Assembly (NCBI GenBank): GCA_900661335.1
Contig: CAACVY010000005.1
Span: 1-62,098 of the forward strand
DNA length: 62,098 nt
Direction of reading: 5' to 3'
Source: an uncultured bacterium
Lineage (GTDB): Bacteria > Verrucomicrobiota > Kiritimatiellia > PWTM01
Below the pieces are notes generated by a model. The model was not told the DNA's origin. It searched no databases and was given only the letters and a program-made list of their open reading frames with translations. Shown piece by piece: positions 1-9,769 of the stretch (positions are counted from its first letter, which is position 1; every line of letters begins with the position of its first letter). The position numbers were made by a program, and so were the translations under genes.

Positions 1-1
1 G

Positions 2-1258
2 GAGGCTGCACGCCGGGCCGGCGCGGTGCCGCGCGCATTGGTGTTGCCATTGTGGCCGGGCGATTCGGCACCGAGCAGTGTGTATTCCTATTACGCTTCG
101 CTGTACCGTATCCGCTTGGCCAATGGGTATTCACCGGCTGTGCGCCGCGATTACCTGGAGAAGTTCGTGTGGGTGTACCGCGATTTCAACCATGGGAAAC
201 TCGATGACGACAAGTTGAATGCGCTGCGTCAGGGTGGGTTTACGGCGATTCTCTTTCATGAGGACTCGACCGAGAAAATCAGCCCGTATCCCGCGGGGTT
301 CACTCTGCAGTGGCTTCGTCATCACCCACGCCTGGAATTTCTAGCCCAAGACGGTCGGGTGTGGGCATTTGGGATCCGTGAGGGTGCTCCCGTTGCACGC
401 TGTGCGGACACCGACCAGGTGGTAACGGAGCGCTGGGCACCATCACGCCGCGTGGAAGGAGAATGTGCCGGTGCCAAGGTGTGGGAAGTTTCTAGCGGGG
501 AATGTAGCGGTGGGGCGTATGGGCTGTTGGCTCAGCCGGGAGATCAGATGGAATTTCCTCGCGTTCCCGCGCATTTTTTGGCCCCTGCATCCTGGTGGAT
601 TCGCGTGCGCGGCTATGGACGAGTTCGGACAGTTTGGAGTTGGGACAGTCAGCGTGAATACGCCGAAGAGCGAAGGATCGAGGCATCCGCATGGACTTGG
701 CAGAAGTTGGACACCCCAATGGCCGACCCTTCTGAAGGTTACGTGAGGTTAACCCTGGTGTATGAAAGTGGCCGCGTTGAACTGGATGTGGCCATCTGGA
801 CGGACGACCCGGTGGTCGAACCTGACGCGCACGGGCGGGTTCGATGGGCGGCCCATACGTGGTTTCGTGCCGGCTACGTGTGCGAATCCCCGGAAGGGCA
901 GCTCACTTCGGTTCGGTTGGAAAAAGATCGGGACCCTGCGGACCGAATTTTCTATGGACCCTGGCGCGTACTGCCGCCCGGACGATATCGCGTGCAACTC
1001 TTCGCACGTGTTCTCGCGGATACCAGGGTTGCGGACGGAACCAAGCTCGCTGCGCTCGTGATCGAGCAGCCCTCGGGAGCGGAAGTTGCCGTGCGGGTCG
1101 GTGCGGATGGCACCCTTCAGCCCGTCGAAGCGGAAATGGAGCAGCGCCATAACGTGCCGGTCATCGTGTCGTTGCGTTTCACTCGCGCCTCGGATCTGAT
1201 CGTAGATGCACTCGAATTCGAGTGCCTGTCCGAGGTGGGGAAAGTCCGCGACCGTTAG
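2..1258 (+). CDS. C-terminal part of a hypothetical protein, probably membrane/envelope-associated; 5' end lies outside the window
   Basis: Frame is open from position 2 to TAG at 1258, with protein-like composition (LPLWPGDS...RIRLANGYSP); no family confidently recognised. Confidence 0.65.
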   Translation, partial: EAARRAGAVPRALVLPLWPGDSAPSSVYSYYASLYRIRLANGYSPAVRRDYLEKFVWVYRDFNHGKLDDDKLNALRQGGFTAILFHEDSTEKISPYPAGFTLQWLRHHPRLEFLAQDGRVWAFGIREGAPVARCADTDQVVTERWAPSRRVEGECAGAKVWEVSSGECSGGAYGLLAQPGDQMEFPRVPAHFLAPASWWIRVRGYGRVRTVWSWDSQREYAEERRIEASAWTWQKLDTPMADPSEGYVRLTLVYESGRVELDVAIWTDDPVVEPDAHGRVRWAAHTWFRAGYVCESPEGQLTSVRLEKDRDPADRIFYGPWRVLPPGRYRVQLFARVLADTRVADGTKLAALVIEQPSGAEVAVRVGADGTLQPVEAEMEQRHNVPVIVSLRFTRASDLIVDALEFECLSEVGKVRDR

Positions 1259-1555
1259 CTGGCTGCCACCCGCCTATAAATCCGCGCGCGTGTTGAGATG
1301 CCGTAGCGTGCGCATCCAGAGGCAAAGGGGAACCTGTTCAGCCCCGCGACGAAGGCCCCATGCATCGTGGCAGTAGATAGATGTAGCGTTACTCGAAGTC
1401 TGATCTGTGCGCCCGCTTCGTTCTTCGCGTGTCGCTGAACGATTGGTTTTTGTCGGGCTCTTTGGGGTCTCAAGGGGCGAGCGCAATCCTGCCAGGGGGA
1501 CCGAGACCGCGAGGGAGGATGCCAATCGCTCAACCGCCGCGGACAAGTCCTTTGG

Positions 1556-2485
1556 TTGCCCGGTGGGAAGCGCCTCCGTACGATGGACTCCATGAACGCG
1601 CGCGACGTGCCTTCGGAAACAATCCGCCGGTGGGTCGTCCGGCCGATCGAAGATGGTTGGCCGTTGGAGCGGTTCCTCATGGGGCGCTTGAATTGTTCTC
1701 GGCGGGCCGCGCGCCGATACTTGGATGCCCGTGCGGTATTCGTAAACCGACGCCGAGTCTGGATGGCCCGGCATGCGCTCACGGCCGGAGATATTGTGGA
1801 ACTGGCCACGGAGCGGGCCGACCCGCTTGGGAGGCAAGAGCTGCTCCGGTGGGCGGCGGAACCTCCTCTGTATGCGGACGAGCGTCTATGGATCGTGGCG
1901 AAGCCAGCCGGCGTCGTCTCCACCGGCGAGGGTGGCTGGGACCGGTGGGTGGCGTCCGCGCACGGGCTGAGCTGGCTTCGAGCCGCCCATCGGCTCGATC
2001 GCGAGACCAGCGGGTGCCTGATGTTGGCGCGTTCGGAGTCAGCGTTGAAGGAAATTGTGGACTGGTTCCGCCACGGTTGGGTCCGCAAGTGGTACGACGC
2101 GATTGTCATCGGGCGGGTCCAGTTTGACCGACAGGTTATTCGTCGTCCGCTCGACGGGCAACCGGCTCTCACCCGTTGCCAGCGGCAAAGCGCCGGTGAT
2201 CTTGCCTCACATCTCCGGCTCGAGATTCCGACCGGCCGCACTCATCAGATCCGAAGGCATTTAGCCGCCATTGGTCATCCAGTTCTCGGGGACTCCATCT
2301 ACGCGGTGGGGGAGCATTGGCCGGTCGAGTTACGCCGCGTGCCAAGGTTGATGCTACATGCCAGCCGCATCGAGTTCCCCGCCGTCCGTGGTGGAGGACG
2401 GCAGCGCGTGAGTTCGATGTTGCCTGAGGATTTCCAAAGGGAACTTCGACGGCTCGGCTTGCCCTTGCCCCGGGAACGGGGCTAA
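1556..2485 (+). CDS. RluA-family RNA pseudouridine synthase with S4-like N-terminus
   Basis: Motifs VAKPAG, AHRLDRETSG (catalytic Asp), TGRTHQIRRHLAAIGHPVLGD and LMLHA; exact start uncertain. Confidence 0.93.
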   Translation: MPGGKRLRTMDSMNARDVPSETIRRWVVRPIEDGWPLERFLMGRLNCSRRAARRYLDARAVFVNRRRVWMARHALTAGDIVELATERADPLGRQELLRWAAEPPLYADERLWIVAKPAGVVSTGEGGWDRWVASAHGLSWLRAAHRLDRETSGCLMLARSESALKEIVDWFRHGWVRKWYDAIVIGRVQFDRQVIRRPLDGQPALTRCQRQSAGDLASHLRLEIPTGRTHQIRRHLAAIGHPVLGDSIYAVGEHWPVELRRVPRLMLHASRIEFPAVRGGGRQRVSSMLPEDFQRELRRLGLPLPRERG

Positions 2486-2583
2486 GCGATCCAAGCGGGT
2501 TCCGAAAAAGACAAGGCAAACGACGGCGTAGGGCGAACGCCAGTCGTCTGGAATCCCGGGGCAGAGTTCGCCCATCGAATCGC

Positions 2584-2853
2584 TTATGTGCGGTGGCGGT
2601 ATGTGATACGACCTTTGGTCAAGTCGTACGGCGACATTTCGACCGTCACGCGGTCGCCCACCCCGATCCGGATAAAATTCTTCCTCATTTTGCCCGAAAT
2701 GTGGCAGAGGATTTCGTGACCGTTGGGCAGCTTGACACGATACATCGTAGCTGGGAGCACGCGTGTGACGACGCCGTCCACGACGATGCAGTCGTCTTTC
2801 TTCGTTGCGCCTGCTTCCTGCGCATCATCAGGTCTGGATTCTCGTTCCGCCAT
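2584..2853 (-). CDS. infA: Translation initiation factor IF-1
   Basis: [38 protein letters not shown]; AAGGAG RBS upstream of ATG 2853. Confidence 0.97.
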   Translation of the reverse strand: MAERESRPDDAQEAGATKKDDCIVVDGVVTRVLPATMYRVKLPNGHEILCHISGKMRKNFIRIGVGDRVTVEMSPYDLTKGRITYRHRT

Positions 2854-3020
2854 CAAACTCTCCTTATACACAATTCGCGCCCGCTACTCAAATTGATTTT
2901 GGCGTGGCCGGGGCAACAGAGATGGGATGAATTTGCCACTGCATGCGCGCGCGTCCCTTGCATGGGGCCCCAGCGTGCGGCGGGGTGGCCGCTGAGGCAC
3001 CGGAAGATACCGTCGACGGT

Positions 3021-3314
3021 TCAAAGGGGGCGCCTAGGGATGATCTCCTCTGGAGCAATGATCTTCACCTGTGGCCGCACGGTGCGTTCCGTTCTCCATG
3101 CCAGGTACAACGTCGTGCCTAATGCAACGGCCAGTGCAACGCAGAGAGCCACGCTCAGGGCTTTCCGCTGACGTCGGGCCGGCGGTTCTGCCGCGGGTCG
3201 CACGAGAGGGGGGTACTTGGATCGAGTGCGAAGTCGGCGGATGCGGCGGCGCCGTCGCCACGGCAGCGGCCACTTCCATTCCCGTCCGGTCATGGATGGA
3301 GTTACGTCGTTCAC
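3021..3314 (-). CDS. Small hypothetical Arg-rich single-pass membrane protein
   Basis: Arg-rich N-terminus followed by one hydrophobic segment (ALSVALCVALAVALGTTLYLAW); extended -10 TGcTATGCT 6 nt before GTG 3314. Confidence 0.45.
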   Translation of the reverse strand: MNDVTPSMTGREWKWPLPWRRRRRIRRLRTRSKYPPLVRPAAEPPARRQRKALSVALCVALAVALGTTLYLAWRTERTVRPQVKIIAPEEIIPRRPL

Positions 3315-3421
3315 ATGGGTAGCATAGCATGAATAGATGTAGATGTGCGCCATGCAACTGCTCGGCGGCGCAGTTGGGCGGCGCTTGTGCGGGGCGTGGT
3401 GATGGAGCATCTTGTTTCCTC

Positions 3422-4039
3422 ATGAAATTGATCCTGGCAACTCACAATGCGAGCAAACTGGCGGAATTCCGGGCCTTGTTGGCCCATTGGCCAGTCGAAT
3501 TGGTGCCGCTTACTGAGTTCCCTGAAGTGCGCCAGTGGAACGAGGACGCGCCGACGCTGGAGGAAAATGCGGTGGCCAAGGCCCTCACGGTATACCGAGC
3601 CACCGGGCAGTGGTCTATGGCCGACGATTCCGGCGTGGAGGTGGATGCGCTCGGCGGGGCCCCTGGCGTGCAATCGGCACGGTATGCCGGCGAGCCATGC
3701 AATCCTGCTGCGAACAACGAAAAGCTTTTGACGGCCTTGACCGGTGTGGCGAACCGTCGCGCCAGGTTCCGCTGCGTGCTGGCGCTGGTCGGCCCGGGCT
3801 TCCCGCCCGAGACGATCGAAGGGATTTGCGAAGGCGTGATCGCCCACGAGCCACGCGGCACGGGCGGATTCGGCTATGACCCGCTCTTCATTCCGGATGG
3901 CTATTCGCAGACGTTTGCCGAGTTGCCGCCGGAAGTGAAAAACCAGATCTCGCATCGTGCACGGGCAGTCCAGGCCGCGTGGGAGCGGTGGGGCCGGAAA
4001 TTGTTTGGAGACGCAAGTGGAGGCAGCCCAGATGGTTGA
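3422..4039 (+). CDS. rdgB: Non-canonical purine NTP pyrophosphatase (RdgB/HAM1)
   Basis: LATHNASKLAE, ADDSG, GFGYDPLF, KNQISHRARA. Confidence 0.96.
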   Translation: MKLILATHNASKLAEFRALLAHWPVELVPLTEFPEVRQWNEDAPTLEENAVAKALTVYRATGQWSMADDSGVEVDALGGAPGVQSARYAGEPCNPAANNEKLLTALTGVANRRARFRCVLALVGPGFPPETIEGICEGVIAHEPRGTGGFGYDPLFIPDGYSQTFAELPPEVKNQISHRARAVQAAWERWGRKLFGDASGGSPDG

Positions 4040-5087
4040 CATACACCGCGCGAGCGCCATGGAAGACGAGATTCTGGAGTGGATGCGCCAGTATCAAGCA
4101 TCCGCAATCTTGGGCGCGGCAGCTCAATTGGGATTTTTCGAGCACTTGAGCAAAACCGCGCTCGACGCGGCGACGCTTGCCCGGCGGTGTCGATGTAATG
4201 CGCGGGCGACCCGCATCCTGCTGGACGCGCTCACGGCTCTAGGGCTTTTGACCCAAACTGCAAAGGGCTATCAAGTGACCCCGCAGTATCGCATGGCACT
4301 ATCCCCCAGTTCGAAACAGTGCGTGCTGCCCATGCTTCACCATCAGGCGAACTGCCTTCGACGTTGGGCGGAACTCCCCATGGTCGTTCGAACTGGCCAC
4401 CCCGCTCCTTGCCATCCGGGCGTGGCAGGTGCGCAGGCAGACCTAAGGGCGTTCATCGAGGCGATGGAGGTGGTGAGCCGCGGCACGGCCGATACGGTGG
4501 TGCGAAGCCTGAACATCGGGCCGGTCCGGTGTGTGCTGGATGTTGGCGGAGCGCTGGGAACTTGGACGCGTGCGTGGCTAACCGCCCACCCCAGCTCACG
4601 CGCGATTGTGTTCGATTTACCTGAAGTGGTTCGACTCGGGCGGCGTCGTTGGGCGCGCGACCCGCTCCGCGCGCGCGTGCAATGGGTGGCTGGCGATTAT
4701 CTTCGTGACCCGCTGCCTAAGGGCGCGGACCTGGTGTGGATCAGCGCTGTGGCTCATCAGAACGGTCGGGAGGAAAACCGCCGGCTGTTCCGCGCGGCGT
4801 GGGTGGCCACCGATGCGGGCGCTCGGCTGCTGGTCCGCGACGTGATCATGGAGCCGGACCGGAGCCGCCCTGCGATGGGCGCGCTCTTCGCCGTGAATAT
4901 GCTGGTGTCCACTCGCCATGGAGGAACGTGGACCTTTAACGAGCTCCAAGAAGACTTGGAAGCCGCTGGGTGGAGGGACGTGCGCTGGTGGCGACGGGAC
5001 GAAGGCATGAATTCTGTGATCGGTGCGGTCCGAGTCCCCCGGACCGCGATCCGAGGCGGCGCCAACAAGTCCCCCTCGCGCGACTGA
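4032..5087 (+). CDS. SAM-dependent O-methyltransferase (family 2 with dimerisation domain)
   Basis: N-terminal winged-helix dimerisation pattern, VLDVGGALG, IVFDLPEV, WVAGDY, FAVNMLV..GGTW; start may be 4059. Confidence 0.85.
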   Translation: MVDIHRASAMEDEILEWMRQYQASAILGAAAQLGFFEHLSKTALDAATLARRCRCNARATRILLDALTALGLLTQTAKGYQVTPQYRMALSPSSKQCVLPMLHHQANCLRRWAELPMVVRTGHPAPCHPGVAGAQADLRAFIEAMEVVSRGTADTVVRSLNIGPVRCVLDVGGALGTWTRAWLTAHPSSRAIVFDLPEVVRLGRRRWARDPLRARVQWVAGDYLRDPLPKGADLVWISAVAHQNGREENRRLFRAAWVATDAGARLLVRDVIMEPDRSRPAMGALFAVNMLVSTRHGGTWTFNELQEDLEAAGWRDVRWWRRDEGMNSVIGAVRVPRTAIRGGANKSPSRD

Positions 5088-5098
5088 GTCGGAATGGG

Positions 5099-6073
5099 CT
5101 AACTCAGTCGGGTCAGTTCTCTGCGCCAGTACTCAACGGTCCGCCGCAGACCTTCGTCGAGCGAAACACGTGGTCGCCAACCCAGACGCTCACGGATCTT
5201 GGTCGCATCCAAATCGATGAACGGCTGGTCCGACGCCAAAGGCCGAAACGGGTAATCGGGCGGGTATTCTCCATATACGATCTTGCGACGAGGGAATCTT
5301 AGAATTCGCGCGAGGCGTTCGGCCAATTCGTGGTTGGTAATCACGTTGCCGGTCGCCGCGTTGAAGGCTTCGCCGGTCACTTCCGGATGCGCGAGAGCGG
5401 CCTCGTAGGCGGCCACATGATCCGTGACGTACATGTAGTCCCGTCGCGACTCCGGCGCCCCGATGTAGACACGTTCGCCCCGGAGCATGGTCGTAACGAG
5501 ATACTCGACAATGAAGTTTCGGTCGAGCTTTCGCCCGTAGCTGTTGACGCAGCGCAGGACCGTCGTGGGCAACCCATACACGCGCGTCATCATTCGGATG
5601 TACATGTCCGTCACGGCCTTGGTGTTCGCGTAAGGGCTCGACGGGTGGAGGGGGGCGTCTTCGGGAATGGGAGCCTTTTGCTGGGGGCCATAGACCTCCG
5701 CGGTGGCTGCGTAGATCAAGTGGCGCCGCTCCGGTTGGGGCAGCTCCAGCAATCCGTGCGCAAGGTTCAGCGTTCCCACGATGTTCACCTGCACGTAGGC
5801 CTGCGGCATTTCGAACGAGTGGCGGACCGGACTCAGCGCCGCGAGGTGGATGACAACATCCGGATCCGCTTGGCGAAGCACATGCCGCACCCCAAACGGG
5901 TCGGTGAGGTCCGCCGTGACGAGCTTCACGTTGCGCAAGAACGGACCCAAACGGTCCCAATCGCGGCTGGCCGAAGGGCGCACCATGCCCCACACTTGAT
6001 GATCCCGCACTAACCGCTGCACCAAATGACTTCCAATGAATCCGCTCACACCGGTCACGAGGATTCGACTCAT
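5099..6073 (-). CDS. NAD-dependent epimerase/dehydratase (NDP-sugar 4,6-dehydratase-like)
   Basis: LVTGVSGFIG, HLAA, YxxxK (YANTK), GEAFN, LGWRP; GGAGG RBS before ATG 6073. Confidence 0.9.
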   Translation of the reverse strand: MSRILVTGVSGFIGSHLVQRLVRDHQVWGMVRPSASRDWDRLGPFLRNVKLVTADLTDPFGVRHVLRQADPDVVIHLAALSPVRHSFEMPQAYVQVNIVGTLNLAHGLLELPQPERRHLIYAATAEVYGPQQKAPIPEDAPLHPSSPYANTKAVTDMYIRMMTRVYGLPTTVLRCVNSYGRKLDRNFIVEYLVTTMLRGERVYIGAPESRRDYMYVTDHVAAYEAALAHPEVTGEAFNAATGNVITNHELAERLARILRFPRRKIVYGEYPPDYPFRPLASDQPFIDLDATKIRERLGWRPRVSLDEGLRRTVEYWRRELTRLS

Positions 6074-7368
6074 GACGCCTCCCATGCCTTCAGTTCTGCC
6101 GCTCCGACCACCTCCACCTTGGGAATGGCAAACAGCATTCGGCCACCGCGGCGAAGGTACTCGGCCTCTTGTCGCATGATCTCAGCGCGGAATTGGTAGG
6201 GCAACACCCATAACAGGTCGGGCGGATTCGCGCGATATTCATCCAACGAAATGACCCGGATGCCCGTGCCCGCGATATAGCGTCCGGTCTTGTCCGGGTT
6301 CTTGTCCACCGCCAACGGCACCAGTTCGGAGGTCACGCCCATGTACTGCAGTACGACCAACCCACGCGTGGACGCGCCATAGATGTACACTCGGTGTCCC
6401 GCAGATCGTTCGGCTTGCAGAATCTCTCGCACCTGGCGGCGAATCTCCTGAATGCGCCACTCGAATGCGCGGAAGGTCTCGAGACGGTGTAAACCGGCGG
6501 CGCGCTCATGTGCACGCAACTGGGCCACGCGCTCCGCGGCACCGGGAACCGAGCCCACCCCGCGGCCAGATCGCGAGATGTACAGCCGAAAACTACCGCC
6601 GTTGACGTCGTTGAGTTCCACGTCTGTGACTTCCAACCCATGCCGGCGCAAGAGGTGCTCCATGGCCAACAAGGAATAGTACTCCAGGTGCTCGTGCGAG
6701 ATGTTGTCAAACGTGGCGTTGTCCAGCATCAAGCCAAGGTAGTTCATCTGAACGACCCACAGGCCATCGGGCGCCAGGCATGTGCAAATGTCCCGCACGA
6801 ACGCGTTCGGGTCTTCCAAGTCGTAGAACATCGCGATGCTGGTGATCGCGCGCGCCCGTCGCTTGCCCATGAGGGCCACAAACGGGCCAGCGCGGAAGTA
6901 ATCATGAATGATCTGGGCACCGGGTTGCTTGGCCAGTGTCCAAAGGTTGGACGGCTCGAAACCAATTTTGTCCAATCCTTGGATCGTGTACTGGCGCAGC
7001 AGTGTGCCATCGTTGCAGCCAATATCGACCACCACGTCCCCCGGGCGCAGCCCTGCGCGCTCTTCCACCGCACGGGCCACGTCCCTCAAGGCTTCGACCA
7101 TGGTGGTGCTGATCGCGGAACGGTACCAATAGCGCCGGTACAGTAGGTCATGGTCCAGCGTATGGCGCAGCTGGAGCAAGGCACAGCCACCAGCAGCCGG
7201 ATCGCAGAACACCAGGTCCAACGGGGCTTGAATACCCGTTTCGTCCGCGCGCTCCCAAAACCCGACGGCATATTGTTCGCCAAGCGAAAGCACCGGAACC
7301 AATGGCCCATGCCCGCAAACCCTGCACGTGGTGTGTTCGACAATGTGAGGTCGCTCTGACAAGGTCAT
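6070..7368 (-). CDS. NDP-hexose C-methyltransferase (zinc-binding N-terminus, class I SAM)
   Basis: CRVCG zinc motif, DIGCNDG, HEHLEYYS, GGSFR, YGASTRG; overlaps the dehydratase start by 4 nt. Confidence 0.88.
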   Translation of the reverse strand: MTLSERPHIVEHTTCRVCGHGPLVPVLSLGEQYAVGFWERADETGIQAPLDLVFCDPAAGGCALLQLRHTLDHDLLYRRYWYRSAISTTMVEALRDVARAVEERAGLRPGDVVVDIGCNDGTLLRQYTIQGLDKIGFEPSNLWTLAKQPGAQIIHDYFRAGPFVALMGKRRARAITSIAMFYDLEDPNAFVRDICTCLAPDGLWVVQMNYLGLMLDNATFDNISHEHLEYYSLLAMEHLLRRHGLEVTDVELNDVNGGSFRLYISRSGRGVGSVPGAAERVAQLRAHERAAGLHRLETFRAFEWRIQEIRRQVREILQAERSAGHRVYIYGASTRGLVVLQYMGVTSELVPLAVDKNPDKTGRYIAGTGIRVISLDEYRANPPDLLWVLPYQFRAEIMRQEAEYLRRGGRMLFAIPKVEVVGAAELKAWEAS

Positions 7369-7638
7369 GGGCCGTTAGATACTCGCTTCCAGCCCGTTCT
7401 TCAACCCGATTGGGCGCGCACTCGCTACGGGCGGACAGGGGCGTGGGATCCGTTTGTGGTCCTCGGCGGCTCCCGCGTGGCAGTCGAAAGGACCAACCGT
7501 TCGCCGGAGATCCCTCACTCCTCCGTACATGGGGTGTCTGAGCGGATCCGTGCGGGAGGCCTCGATGGCTCGGTGTGGTAGACAGGGCTTCAGCTAGACA
7601 CCATCCCGGACGTTGGCTTCAACCCACGCACGTAGAGT

Positions 7639-9387
7639 TCAGCGGATCAATCGCGGGGCGATCCACACCGCCCAATCACTTTGACTGCCATCGCCACCGT
7701 TCTCGGTGATCAGTTCCAGCTCCCGAACACCACGAACGTCGACCTCGAGACTGCGCAGAAATCCGTCTCGGATGACCGGCGACCGGAAGCGTTCTTGACG
7801 ATCGCAACGCACGACGAAGACCGTTGAGCCGAAGTGTCCGTCCTGAAGGCCATACGATGCGCGGAGCCGGGACCACCGGCCATCCAGACGCCACAGGTTC
7901 ACCGACGGTGCGTGTGCGTAGAGTCCTTCGTCAAACCATTCGCCGCCCACTTGAAGTAGGCAAGAGGCATCCCCTTCCAACCTCACATGGTCGCGAAGCG
8001 GTGGTCCCCATCCGGTCGAGGCGCGTTCCCAGACGGTTCGTGACAGCGGGATGTGCGGGACATCATCGGGCCAGTCATCAAGAACGCGCGGCAGAGGTGC
8101 ATTCAGCAATGCGAGCATGTGGTCGAGGGCGCGGTGGAACTTCGTCAGGTCTGGCCAACGCTCGCGCGCTTCTCTCGCCAGGCGTTGGACCGTCGCTCCA
8201 TCGCGTCGCGACCAGGCGGCGGTACACTCGCGTAAAAGCCGCCACACGCGAAAGGGCGTGAGGTCCGGGCTGCCATCGTCGTACACTTTGTACTCTACAG
8301 CCCAGCGACTTTTGGCGCCGTTCGCATGACAGGCAAGCAACCGAAGCTGATAAGGGCCTGGGCGTAGCTCTGCGATCTCGATGCGGAACGCCCCTTGGGT
8401 GGACACCGCACCGATCCAACCCACTGCGTCGTAGTCGTTGGGGTTGGCCGTCGAGTCGTTCAGCGCCACGATGCCGTACACGGGTGGGTGCGCGACGACT
8501 TGGCCGGTCAGGATCAATCGGTTCGATTCCCACATGACGTCCAGGGCGGCCCACTCGCATGTAGGAGAAAGCTCAGAATCCGGCAGGTCTCCGGCGAAGG
8601 GCCGGGTGTGCAGCAACTGCAGCGCGCTGGCGTCCGAGAGAAACGTCCCCGGCCCTTCGCCACGCAACTCTTGGCCGTAGGTGTGATTTCCTCCGCCCAT
8701 CAACGACCGTCCGCGACGGGCGCGTTCGGACTCCCGTTCGCAATCGTGGGGCAGTCCAAAAGCGTGTCCGAGCTCGTGTGCCACTCCACCAATGTAATGG
8801 GTGTTGAACTCTCCCAGCGAACAAGGGCGGCCTGCGTAGAATCCCCCGGGCTCCTTCGATGCAAGGTACCGTGGATCCAGACGTTCGTCGTCGTAAACCC
8901 ATGCGGTTCCACTCCGGTGGTTTCCACTGCCGCAGTATGGGCCGATCTCAACCGCCCGCCCGTTTTCCCATGCGAGGAGGACCTGGAAAATCACGATCGT
9001 TTCTCGATCGGGATTCCATCCGCGTGCCCGCAGCGCATCCCCGACTTCCTGCTTAACCTTGGCGCTGTCGCTGCGCCCATAGGCCCGCATAGGCTCGCGC
9101 CCACGCACCAGGTGGATCATCAACTTACCGCCAGCATCACGTTCGAGTTCGAAGGTTCGTGGACCGTGTCCCGCCGCTTCCATCTCGCGCCGGTAAAACT
9201 GCTGCACCTCGGTCATCACGCGATCGAGACGATTCGAAAAATCGGACAATGGTTCGCGGTCGGCTGGGACGAAGTAGACGGCTCGGAGGGGTGGGGGACC
9301 CGCCCAAGTGCGGGGGGCTTCTATGCCGACGAAGCCAGCCACGGCTAGCATGACGAAGAATTGCCGGCAGGGTGGTCGCCAGTTCAC
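7639..9387 (-). CDS. Secreted metzincin-type metallopeptidase with C-terminal NPCBM/NEW2 domain
   Basis: Signal-like N-terminus, HELGHAFGLPH zinc motif, SLMG Met-turn, C-terminal GLYAHAPS...DVRGVRELEL...SDWAVWIAPRL. Confidence 0.78.
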   Translation of the reverse strand: MNWRPPCRQFFVMLAVAGFVGIEAPRTWAGPPPLRAVYFVPADREPLSDFSNRLDRVMTEVQQFYRREMEAAGHGPRTFELERDAGGKLMIHLVRGREPMRAYGRSDSAKVKQEVGDALRARGWNPDRETIVIFQVLLAWENGRAVEIGPYCGSGNHRSGTAWVYDDERLDPRYLASKEPGGFYAGRPCSLGEFNTHYIGGVAHELGHAFGLPHDCERESERARRGRSLMGGGNHTYGQELRGEGPGTFLSDASALQLLHTRPFAGDLPDSELSPTCEWAALDVMWESNRLILTGQVVAHPPVYGIVALNDSTANPNDYDAVGWIGAVSTQGAFRIEIAELRPGPYQLRLLACHANGAKSRWAVEYKVYDDGSPDLTPFRVWRLLRECTAAWSRRDGATVQRLAREARERWPDLTKFHRALDHMLALLNAPLPRVLDDWPDDVPHIPLSRTVWERASTGWGPPLRDHVRLEGDASCLLQVGGEWFDEGLYAHAPSVNLWRLDGRWSRLRASYGLQDGHFGSTVFVVRCDRQERFRSPVIRDGFLRSLEVDVRGVRELELITENGGDGSQSDWAVWIAPRLIR

Positions 9388-9396
9388 GACCTGGGC

Positions 9397-9424
9397 ACTA
9401 TAGCAACCGATCGGCGGGGGTCAA
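9397..9424 (-). promoter_or_regulatory. Putative sigma70 promoter of the NPCBM peptidase gene
   Basis: TTGACC-N16-TATAGT with extended -10 TG, 9 nt upstream of GTG 9387. Confidence 0.5.
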
Positions 9425-9769
9425 CTACCTCGGTGGTTCGGTTGGCCGATGGCATGGTAGGAAGGCGACGCACCTACGGGCGAGTCCTACGGTCGGTGGC
9501 GAAGCTTTTCGATGTGCCAATTTGCCTAGGTCGAGTGTGGGCCGCGCGAGTGGTCACAAGCCGGAGGGAGATGCATTGTACAGGGTAACCTGGTGCAATC
9601 GCGGACCCCGGCCTGTCGGGCTTGCGAATTAGCATCTGGCAGTTCATGCGCCGTATTTTCCGCAGTAGAGGAAGGTTCGTCGCCCAGCTTTCATGGAGGG
9701 ACCGGTGGACCGCTCTCGCTCGACCCGTTGGAAAAGGTCATCTATCGTAACTCGTAGGACATTGCTCAG

